DNA from: Candidatus Latescibacterota bacterium
Lineage (GTDB): Bacteria > Latescibacterota > UBA2968 > GCA-2709665
Reading direction: 5' to 3'
Assembly (NCBI GenBank): GCA_965208835.1
Contig: OZ242358.1
Span: 832,001-896,000, forward strand
Length of the DNA stretch: 64,000 nt
Below, piece by piece: positions 9,020 to 17,333 of this stretch (positions are counted from its first letter, which is position 1; every line of letters starts with the position of its first letter). A program made the translations under genes and the position numbers. The notes below the pieces were generated by a model. That model was not told the origin of the DNA and ran no database searches. It worked only from the letters and a program-made list of their open reading frames with translations.

Positions 9020-9340
9020 ATGGAAATGAAGCCAGTGTTTGTTGAAACAATCCCACAAATACCCGAAATGGAAGAGGGGACACTTTACGTCAGCATGAGG
9101 TTCGCCGTCCTTTCCCACTTTTGTCCATGCGGGTGTGGTCGTTTGGTCGACGTGACGCTGAATCCTGCGACGCGTAGCCTGACCTACGATGGTGAGTATC
9201 TGACTTTAGAACCTTCAATCGGGGTCAAGTTCCCCTGTAGAAGCCATTACTCAATTATTCGGAATGCGATCATGTGGTACCCGCCCATCTCGGAACCGCA
9301 ACTCAGATGGTACAAACGTGTTTGGAATAGATGGAGGTAG
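9020..9340 (+). CDS. DUF6527-like metal-binding protein
   Basis: FVETIP...EEGTLYVS...HFCPCGCG...TLEPSIG...CRSHY.I.RN.I.W signature. Alternative GTG start at 8945. Confidence 0.85.
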   Translation: MEMKPVFVETIPQIPEMEEGTLYVSMRFAVLSHFCPCGCGRLVDVTLNPATRSLTYDGEYLTLEPSIGVKFPCRSHYSIIRNAIMWYPPISEPQLRWYKRVWNRWR

Positions 9341-9437
9341 TCAAGAGAAATGTCACTCTCTTTTTCCGGCAGATTTAGTCAGGACTCCGCCGCTCTCACT
9401 GTCTGTCCTCTCAGCATCTTGATTCGACAGGAAATCC

Positions 9438-10478
9438 ATGTCACTGAATGAAAACTTGCGAAAAGCCAGGCGGCAAAAGAACGACGAGTTCTACACACAG
9501 CTTTCCGACATCGAGAACGAGCTGCGCCACTACACCGGACACTTCCGGGGCAAGGTCGTGTACTGCAATTGCGACGATCCCCGCGTCTCCAGCTTCTTTC
9601 ATTACTTCTCGTACAACTTCGAGCACCTGGGCCTCAAGAAGCTTATCACCGCGTGCTACAGGAACCAGGAACGCGACCTGTTCAGCCGTCACGATTCGGA
9701 GCGGGCGATATGGCTAGAATACAAGGGGAACCCGAAGGGCGGCAGGGTGCCCGATGTTGGGGATATTGGAATCCGTGAGTTTGAAGGGGACGGGGATTTC
9801 CGTAGCGCGGAATGCATCGAGCTTCTGAAGCAGGCGGACGTCGTGGTGACCAATCCGCCGTTTTCGCTTTTTCGCGAGTACGTCGCACAGCTCATGGACC
9901 ACGCCAAGACGTTCCTGATTATTGGAAATGTTAATGCTATCACCTACAAGGAGATATTCCCATTGATTAAGGATAACAGGATGTGGCTTGGCCCGAGTAT
10001 CACGAGTGGGGATCGGGAGTTCGGGGTTCCCGATCATTACCCGCTTACTGCCGCGACGCACAGAATTGACGAGAACGGCAATAGGTTTGTTAGGGTCAAG
10101 GGAGTCAGATGGTTCACCAATCTAGACCACTCGAAGCGCCACGAGGACTTGATCCTCTACAAGCGGTACTCGCCGGAGGAATACCCGGCCTACGACAATT
10201 ACAATGCGATCAACGTGGACAAGACCGCCGACATCCCGATGGATTGGGACGGCGCAATGGGGGTGCCGGTCACGTTTCTAGACAAGTATAACCCGGAGCA
10301 GTTCGAAGTCCTGGGGATAACAGACAGGGACAACAACTCCGGTCTGAAAACGAAAGAATATACCTTGGCAGATGTGCCCAACCCCGGCGATCTGAATAGA
10401 AGGGGCGTTACGAGAGTTGGGGGCAAGCGTAAACCCACTTATGTTCGCCTTCTGATTAAGAGAGTGGTGCCCCAATGA
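9438..10478 (+). CDS. Adenine-specific DNA methyltransferase, EcoRI family
   Basis: KNDEFYT, VVYCNCDDP, GDGDFRS.EC, VVTNPPFSLFREY and MGVPVTFLDKYNPEQF motifs. Confidence 0.93.
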   Translation: MSLNENLRKARRQKNDEFYTQLSDIENELRHYTGHFRGKVVYCNCDDPRVSSFFHYFSYNFEHLGLKKLITACYRNQERDLFSRHDSERAIWLEYKGNPKGGRVPDVGDIGIREFEGDGDFRSAECIELLKQADVVVTNPPFSLFREYVAQLMDHAKTFLIIGNVNAITYKEIFPLIKDNRMWLGPSITSGDREFGVPDHYPLTAATHRIDENGNRFVRVKGVRWFTNLDHSKRHEDLILYKRYSPEEYPAYDNYNAINVDKTADIPMDWDGAMGVPVTFLDKYNPEQFEVLGITDRDNNSGLKTKEYTLADVPNPGDLNRRGVTRVGGKRKPTYVRLLIKRVVPQ

Positions 10479-11564
10479 AAATTGATCTGAACGAAATCAC
10501 AGTCCGCGACCTTGTGGACGAATACCATGACGACGGCGATGGCGGGGTGCGCGGCTATGGCGGCAAGCTCGACATCCGCCCGCCTTTTCAGCGCGAGTTC
10601 GTTTATAAGGACAAGCAGCGCGATGCGGTGATCGAGACGATCAACAAAGGCTTCCCGCTCAATGTGATGTATTGGGCCTTGCGCCAAGACGAAACGTATG
10701 AGGTTATCGACGGCCAGCAGCGCACGATCTCAGCCGCGCAGTATGTGATGGGCGACTTCTCCCTTGACGGGCGGTACTTCCACAACCTGCAAGACGACGA
10801 GCAGGAGCGGATTCTCAATTATGGGTTGCAGGTTTATATCTGCGAAGGGAACGCCAGCGAAAAGCTGGCCTGGTTCAGGATCATCAATATCGCGGGCGAA
10901 AGGCTGACCGACCAAGAGTTGAGAAACGCGGTCTATGCTGGAACGTGGGTGTCCGACGCGAAACGGCATTTCAGCAGGCCGAGGAGTCCGGCTTATTCAG
11001 TCGGAAACAAGTATGTGAAGGGCTCGCCGATCCGACAAGATTATCTTGAAGCCGCGATCCAATGGATCAGGGACGACGGCCAGACGGTCGAGGAGTACAT
11101 GGCCGCGCATCAGCACGACATGACCGCTACCGCCTTGTGGAGTCACTTCCAGTCGGTAATCAACCGGGTAGAAGCGGTCTTTCCGAACTACCGCACGCCA
11201 ATGAAAGGAGTGGATTGGGGCGGGCTTTACGGGCAACTCAAAGACGAGAGCTTGGACCCCGTAGCGCTTGAGGCCAAAGTTGCCCGACTGATGCTGGACG
11301 ACGATGTAACAAAGAACGCGGGCATCTACCCGTATCTGCTCACCGGCGAGGAGAGGCATCTCAATATCCGCGCCTTCTCCAACGCCATGAAGCAGAAGGC
11401 GTTTGAAATGCAAAACGGCATCTGCAAGTCATGCGGGGTGGCGTTTGAGATATCGGATATGGAGGCCGACCACATCAAACCTTGGTCGGAGGGAGAGCAA
11501 GACTGACGAACAGAACTGTCAGATGCTGTGCAAGCCGTGTAATCGCAGAAAGTCCAACAAATGA
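10475..11564 (+). pseudogene. DUF262 (ParB-like/GmrS) plus HNH endonuclease, with a +1 frameshift inside the HNH domain
   Basis: RPPFQREFVY and VIDGQQR DUF262 motifs, then CKSC...[11 protein letters not shown]. ORF stops at 11506, but the +1 frame continues [21 protein letters not shown] to a stop at 11564. Confidence 0.85.
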
Positions 11565-11751
11565 GCACGTTCGGATCTTGCCGGAGCGCAAGTGATTACC
11601 GGGCTAGAGCGCGTTCCAGACTGGTGCATTTTACCTTTACTTTTGTGACAAGGTCAAGTATATTTATTGGGAATATATCTTGGATTTTCTCTTATAGGCA
11701 AAGAACGGCGCTCTCCAATTGCGCTAAAACATAATTGGAAGTGGGGTTCGG

Positions 11752-11824
11752 TGGAACTGACGGGATTCGAACCCGCAACCTTACGCCTCCCAAGCGCACG
11801 CTCTACCAATTGAGCTACAGCCCC
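11752..11824 (-). tRNA. Atypical tRNA: anticodon GGG (Pro) on an Ala-type acceptor stem
   Basis: Complete cloverleaf: GGGGCTG TA GCTC AATTGGTA GAGC G TGCGC TTGGGAG GCGTA AGGTT GCGGG TTCGAAT CCCGT CAGTTCC A, followed by CCG (full CCA not encoded). Confidence 0.88.
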
Positions 11825-11840
11825 ATTGCTTTCTTTGCAG

Positions 11841-11871
11841 TCCCGAAGGGTGTTTAGGCCACCCTTCGGGA
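11841..11871. other. Perfect 12-bp stem-loop between the wHTH gene stop and the tRNA 5' end
   Basis: TCCCGAAGGGTG-tttaggc-CACCCTTCGGGA; no U-tract on the minus strand. Confidence 0.6.
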
Positions 11872-11874
11872 TCT

Positions 11875-12390
11875 TTATTTATCTGCTTCTCCCTCCATCT
11901 CTGGAATAAAACCAGGTGGTTCCAACTTGATTAATTCATCGGCCGATAACGAGTATTGACCATAGCCGTGTTTAACAAGAACGCCTTCTCGTACTAAACG
12001 CCTTAGGAACGTCCCTGAATATTGAGGCTTAAACTCAGAAGGTTCAATGCCATTTGCTATTGCGTATTCACGAAATCCCGCAGGAGTTATGGGTCTGCCG
12101 CCGTTAATTATCGCAGGACCAACAAGAAGTCGAAGTTTGGTTGCTAGACCTCGTGAAGGCTTTTTCTCGGGTTTGGCAGCCTCCAAAGGGGCGTCACCAT
12201 AGCTTTTTGGGTTTTTCCGCACAACCGGGACCATTAAAGAAGAGAATTCTTGTCCATACATTCCTTTGACAAGTGAATGGATTATCCTTTCCATTAGTAC
12301 GGCTTCCTTTAACCGACTTCCACGGATCTTAAATTCAAATTCCACGTTACCTGAAGAAATTGCGATTTTAATATCAGGGGAATCTTCCAT
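11875..12390 (-). CDS. Hypothetical protein with a probable C-terminal winged-helix domain
   Basis: Low-GC ORF; GRPITPAGFREYA...YSGTFLRRLVREGVLVKHGYGQYSL fits a wHTH recognition helix and wing. Start uncertain (12390 or 12450). Confidence 0.6.
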   Translation of the reverse strand: MEDSPDIKIAISSGNVEFEFKIRGSRLKEAVLMERIIHSLVKGMYGQEFSSLMVPVVRKNPKSYGDAPLEAAKPEKKPSRGLATKLRLLVGPAIINGGRPITPAGFREYAIANGIEPSEFKPQYSGTFLRRLVREGVLVKHGYGQYSLSADELIKLEPPGFIPEMEGEADK

Positions 12391-12826
12391 GTCCGTCTCC
12401 GATGGTTTTGATTGTCCGTCTATGTCCGTCCAAAAATACAAAAACAACAATCCAGGCGCAAGTCTTTTTTGATGCTGTCCGTGGTTTCACCAAAATCCCG
12501 CGTCCAAGTTACAAGATTTCCGGAGGGTTATTGTAAAAGCCCTGTATCCGACCATCCCTTCGCACACCTCACGCGTCGTATCCGGGCGTTCCGCCGTCCA
12601 ATCCCGAAAGCTCGACCGGAACCCCGTGCGGCACCGCACCGAAGGGGACGCCAGTCCCGAGCCCTCCTCGAGTCTCCAGCCACCGCATTTGCTTCCTTCT
12701 TACTTTGATTCCAAACATCCCTCACCCCCCGGACAAAAACCATCGCCCCGGGCGGTACGCCGGGTCACGATTCTCTTATGACGAGCCTGGATCGTGAACT
12801 ATGATCATGTTGCCCCGGTGCACTTG

Positions 12827-13206
12827 CCCTGAGCGTGTCGAAGGGTGGCGAAGAGAGGTGAAACGCTGGCACTCGGACAAAGGCGTACCGAGGACCTCGC
12901 AGTAAACGACACATCGAGGCCGTATGTTGCGGCGGATGCTGGGTGATGATTGTCCGACGCAGGGCACCCTGGGAGGGGGTTTTTGTCGCGAAGGCAGGGT
13001 TGACACCGTGAGGCGCAGCTCTCGGCAGGTTTGGGAGACGAGTTATAATCTATTCCCATTTGGAATATAATCTATTTCGACTATTCGCTTTTGTATTGAA
13101 TTGGATTTGGCTTAATTGAGTCCGGCTGTTCTGCGGTATTGCACGAATTGCGAAGTTGCCGCACCTGGTCGAAGAGTATCTGAACGTGGGCATTTCGACA
13201 AGCTCA
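12827..13206. repeat. REP-like motif family C (TGAGCNTGTCGAAG), two copies in opposite orientation
   Basis: CCCTGAGCGTGTCGAAGGG at 12827 and TTCGACAAGCTCA at 13194; further copies at 46394 and 46460. Confidence 0.55.
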
Positions 13207-13489
13207 ATGGCCACGCATTGAGACCGTTTCTTCGACAGGATAGGCACAGGCAGAGACCGAATCTCGACGTACACAACGCATTGAAGGCTTTTTGAACTCT
13301 TCGGGACCTTGGTCTGATTCTACGTGACAATTCCCATGAAGAGTTCACTAAGACAATTCTCTTCAACGTTAGATGAATCGTACACCGAGCGTGTCATGAA
13401 GTCATTCAGTGTGCTTCGCATGCAGTTGTCTGAAAACGTGGCCAGCAGGATGATCGTATTCTGAGGTCGAACATGATTGAGAGGCTTTC

Positions 13490-14104
13490 ATGACTGAGGA
13501 CGACTGCCTGCCCGCGGGGCTTATTGGGTTTGACACTCGTGGGTTTTTCGAGGAAACTGCGAGTCTCACCGTCGATTTGGCTGAAGGAATTCGCAAATCG
13601 AACGTGACGTTGCTTTGGCTCGTTATTCTTTCTCATAATATGCTCCAGAGTGCAATGGCAAATGTGCTGCGTGGAAGCGCCAATATTGGTGCCCTGGACG
13701 AAAAATCGCAAAAGGATCAGATCAGATGGTTGAATGAAATCCGCGCCGGAAATGACACTGCTGAACCGGAAAGGCTGCCTCATCTCGCTGACTTTAAGAC
13801 CCTCCTAAAACGTGTTCGAGATAGGCAAAGCCTATGCCCACCATTGCAATTGAATCAGCAACAGTTAAAGGATCTGGATTCACTGAACAAATTCAGGAAC
13901 GACTTCATTCACTTTATCGACTCCATCTGGACCGTGCATGTTGACGATCTTCGACAACCCATCCTCGCTGCCCTTCAAGTCACTGGTGAAATCATACAAC
14001 ATCCTGAATGCAGGCGCTGGACATGGGATGAGTGCTTTCGAGATCGGGTCAACGGGTATTTGATGAAGATAAGGAACCACGTTGATAGTATGGATGAGTG
14101 CTAA
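13490..14104 (+). CDS. HEPN-motif protein (putative RNase)
   Basis: Mostly helical ~200-aa ORF with an RxxxxH motif (LNKFRNDFIHF) in the usual C-terminal position. Confidence 0.6.
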   Translation: MTEDDCLPAGLIGFDTRGFFEETASLTVDLAEGIRKSNVTLLWLVILSHNMLQSAMANVLRGSANIGALDEKSQKDQIRWLNEIRAGNDTAEPERLPHLADFKTLLKRVRDRQSLCPPLQLNQQQLKDLDSLNKFRNDFIHFIDSIWTVHVDDLRQPILAALQVTGEIIQHPECRRWTWDECFRDRVNGYLMKIRNHVDSMDEC

Positions 14105-17100
14105 TCTGTGAGGAAAGTGAATTGAACCGTGAAATAGAACTGGATCGGAAAGACGTATGGCCCGCGGGGCGTGAGCCCACGGCGCTGGGTGAACTGGCCC
14201 GGATGGAGATTGCGAAGCACATCTGGGACAGCCGCCAGAGTTCCAAGCTGACCGGATTCGAGTACGCAAAGCGCCGGGGAACGCGAAATATGATGGATCC
14301 CTCCCGCCCTCATCTGGATCGGCCGCGGGGACGTACGCGCGTCTCCGCGTTCTGGACCCGTGAGGCGCTGGTGGTTTCGGCGGCATGCGAAGGTCGGACA
14401 GATGGTGAAGACCGCATTGTCGTGGCGATGGTGACTGCGGGAGACCGGCTTCTGCAGTTGGAGTGTCTTTCAGATGGGACCGTCCGGTTACCCGACGGCG
14501 CGGCGCGGGCGGAATTCGATACGGATCAGGCAGACAACGGCTGGTCGGCGCGTCTGACGGTGCCCTGGGGCCTGCTCGGCATTCGTCCCCGGCCCGGGCT
14601 GCAGATTCCCCTGAACGTCGCCCGGTTTACGGATTGGACGGATACCCCGCCTCCCGCGATGTTACCCGACGGATTCGTGGTCAACGGTCTCTCGCGCATC
14701 CGGCCCGGTCTGGAAGTGAGTACGCTGAGCCGGGCGGTACGGTATCCGATCGTCGGCGATCCGCTTCGGGCCGAAAGATTGGGCCGCCTGGTGTTGAGTC
14801 CGCGATTGAAGATCGAGAACCTGAGCCTTCGCGACGAGGGTCTGGCACGGAAAGAAGTGGTGATGAATCTGCGACCTGCGGGCCGGCGGCCTGAATTGCT
14901 GGACGTACGCGTCGCGCTTTCGGATCCCTGCGGACGCGAGACCGTTTTCGTGGACCAGGCACGGGGCGAGGGCGAAACGCGGATTCGGTTGGACTGCCTG
15001 TTCGGTGCGTTCAGGGGCTTCCTGTATCCATACCGGCTCGCGGTCTCGGTTTCCGATCCAGACACCGGCGCGATGCTGGCGGAAGCGCAATGCGAGTTCA
15101 TCCCGCCCCGGCGGATCCGCCTGGACCCGCTGCGCCTGGGCAACGATCAGCGTGGACGCTGCCGATTCCGGATGGCCGGGAACGGTCTCTGGGGCACGCG
15201 GTGGCAGGCGTCCCTGGTGAACGACGCGGGCGAGACGCTGGACAGGGGCAGGGTCGTTGCGGATTCGGACGAGACGGACTTTGATATATGTATCGGTGAA
15301 GTGCCAAGGGGACGTTACAGGCTGCGCCTCGTGCCCGTCGGAATGGGCGCGACGGCCGGTATCGAATGCCCCTGCAACGTCATGGGTACCAGTCCGCACC
15401 CACGCGTTCTGCTGCGCCGCGGGAACGTCGATCGGCTGAGGGCGCAGGCAAAGGAAGGGGGCCTGAAGCCGCACTATGACGCGATGAAGGCGCAGGTGGA
15501 CGAGGTGCTTCGGCGCGGGACAATTAAGGAGTGCAGCCTCACGCCCGATGCGACGGAGATCCGCGAGATCGCAATCGACGACCTGCTCGCCGGGAACGAC
15601 CTGCTGATGCAGGGTCACGCGGAGGATACGCTGTTTCAGCGGGACCCTCACCAGATGATGGCTGCGTCGCTGGTCTATCTGATCGAGGGAGACGACCGGT
15701 ACGGGCTGCTCGCCCGAAAGATGGTCCGGATACTCGTGGAGCACGTGCTCTGGGGAGACCCGAGGGTGTACGGTGCGGACCCTGACCTGATGTGGAAGGC
15801 GATGTACTGCGCGCTGGCGATGGACTGGCTGGGCGACCTGATCCCGACGGATGAACGCAGGGTACTCAACGATCGGCTGATCGAGAACGGGCTGCTGGTG
15901 TACCTGTGGGCCATGGAAAACGACCAGGCCTACTGGAAGGGGAGGATTGCAAATCTGACGCCGATTTCGGACAGCGTGGCGACCGTGCTGGCGCTATGCC
16001 TCCGGGATGAAGCGTTGGACGCGGAAGCCGTTCTCAGGATTGCCCGGGAAGACATCGGAACGCCGATGCGCGCGTTTCCGCCCGATGGGTCCTGGCCGGA
16101 ATCCGTCAACTACTGGGCGGTGTTCCTGCGCGGGGTCATACTGCACGGCGCGGCGATGGAGTCCGCAACGGGCGCGGACGACGGCGTATTTTCATTGCCG
16201 GGCATGCGCGACGCGGGCTATTTCCCCATCTATTTTACCCCGCGCGGTGTTCCGGCGGGGTTCAACGACGGCATGAACACCGGGGCGGCACCTTTTCTGC
16301 ATCTGCTGGCGCGCCGGTATGACGAACCCATTTTCTCGCTCTACGCCGACGCGTACGGCGGCGCGGGCGAAAACAGGCGTTCCGACTGGAATACGATAAT
16401 CTGGCGTTCCCCCGGGATTCCCTATCAGCACCAGGCGCCGCGCACCGACGTGGGCGACAGGCCGACGCCGGCGTTGTTGAGTTCCATAATGACGGGTTTG
16501 AAGCGCCTGCGGGTCTACGAGGAGATCCGGTGGGCCGCGCTCGCCTCGGAATGGCCCGATCCGGAGCTGTACGTGTCGTTCAAGAGCGGATACGCCGCTT
16601 CCGGTTTCGGACATACGAGCCGGGACCTGAACGCGATCCAGGTGGTGGCCGGAGGAGAACCGCTGATCCGGCGCAGCCACGACTACAGTACGCCGCCGGA
16701 GGGATACAGCACCACGCTGGTGGACGGCAAGCCGCAGGGGCCGGGAACGGGGACGTTTCTGTATTGGGAGGAGGCGCCCCGGCATCTGGCGATCGCGGCG
16801 GAAGCGGACGGATCGTTCGGAGAGGATGTCGGGCGGGCACGGCGCCACGTCGTCATGGTCGACGGGCGGTACCTGGTGGTAATGGACGAAGTAAGTAGTG
16901 ACCGGCCGGTCCGGGTGACGTTCATGGCGCATACGGCCGGAGAAGTCGCCAACGCGGATCGGGGTTGCGAAATCAGGGGAATCAAGACAAGACTGTCTCT
17001 GGCGTTTTCGGGAACGGATGTGACGCTGGACCGCGTCGCGTCTCCGGACTGCGTGATGACGCAGCTCACCGACGGGGCGCTGCACGCCACCACTGATGTG

Positions 17101-17274
17101 ACTCGTGAAGTTGAATTGCTGACGGTCATCTGGCCGGATACGCGTGAAGCAGGGGCGCCCGCGTGCCGATGGGACGGTGAACGTCTGGAAGTCCGTCGGC
17201 CGGACGGAGCGAAGGACGAATTAATATTCGGACGCGAGAATTCCGAACTGCGATTTCTGCGCGTCGATGGATGA
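14098..17274 (+). CDS. Heparinase II/III-like lyase with N-terminal CBM9-like and Ig-like regions
   Basis: [16 protein letters not shown]9-like motif, alpha-toroid region, [19 protein letters not shown] and STTLVDG motifs. Start uncertain. Confidence 0.7.
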   Translation: MLICEESELNREIELDRKDVWPAGREPTALGELARMEIAKHIWDSRQSSKLTGFEYAKRRGTRNMMDPSRPHLDRPRGRTRVSAFWTREALVVSAACEGRTDGEDRIVVAMVTAGDRLLQLECLSDGTVRLPDGAARAEFDTDQADNGWSARLTVPWGLLGIRPRPGLQIPLNVARFTDWTDTPPPAMLPDGFVVNGLSRIRPGLEVSTLSRAVRYPIVGDPLRAERLGRLVLSPRLKIENLSLRDEGLARKEVVMNLRPAGRRPELLDVRVALSDPCGRETVFVDQARGEGETRIRLDCLFGAFRGFLYPYRLAVSVSDPDTGAMLAEAQCEFIPPRRIRLDPLRLGNDQRGRCRFRMAGNGLWGTRWQASLVNDAGETLDRGRVVADSDETDFDICIGEVPRGRYRLRLVPVGMGATAGIECPCNVMGTSPHPRVLLRRGNVDRLRAQAKEGGLKPHYDAMKAQVDEVLRRGTIKECSLTPDATEIREIAIDDLLAGNDLLMQGHAEDTLFQRDPHQMMAASLVYLIEGDDRYGLLARKMVRILVEHVLWGDPRVYGADPDLMWKAMYCALAMDWLGDLIPTDERRVLNDRLIENGLLVYLWAMENDQAYWKGRIANLTPISDSVATVLALCLRDEALDAEAVLRIAREDIGTPMRAFPPDGSWPESVNYWAVFLRGVILHGAAMESATGADDGVFSLPGMRDAGYFPIYFTPRGVPAGFNDGMNTGAAPFLHLLARRYDEPIFSLYADAYGGAGENRRSDWNTIIWRSPGIPYQHQAPRTDVGDRPTPALLSSIMTGLKRLRVYEEIRWAALASEWPDPELYVSFKSGYAASGFGHTSRDLNAIQVVAGGEPLIRRSHDYSTPPEGYSTTLVDGKPQGPGTGTFLYWEEAPRHLAIAAEADGSFGEDVGRARRHVVMVDGRYLVVMDEVSSDRPVRVTFMAHTAGEVANADRGCEIRGIKTRLSLAFSGTDVTLDRVASPDCVMTQLTDGALHATTDVTREVELLTVIWPDTREAGAPACRWDGERLEVRRPDGAKDELIFGRENSELRFLRVDG

Positions 17275-17333
17275 TGAAATCCGAGGCCCGTTTCGCGCCC
17301 GGTTATTCAATCATGGGAAGGAGAGGACAGCAA

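Noticed and set aside
11477-11506. Idea that the GGG-anticodon tRNA restores the HNH nuclease by +1 frameshifting at the CCU-U Pro codon (11480)
   Set aside because: A shift there would give the C-terminal half but replace the conserved-looking WSEGG with GRRES, and re-pairing on CUU is poor. A single A insertion at ~11496 is simpler.
11752-11824. The tRNA as the integration (att) site of the island
   Set aside because: No integrase and no duplicated tRNA 3' end found by eye in the window; the tRNA lies inside the low-GC region.
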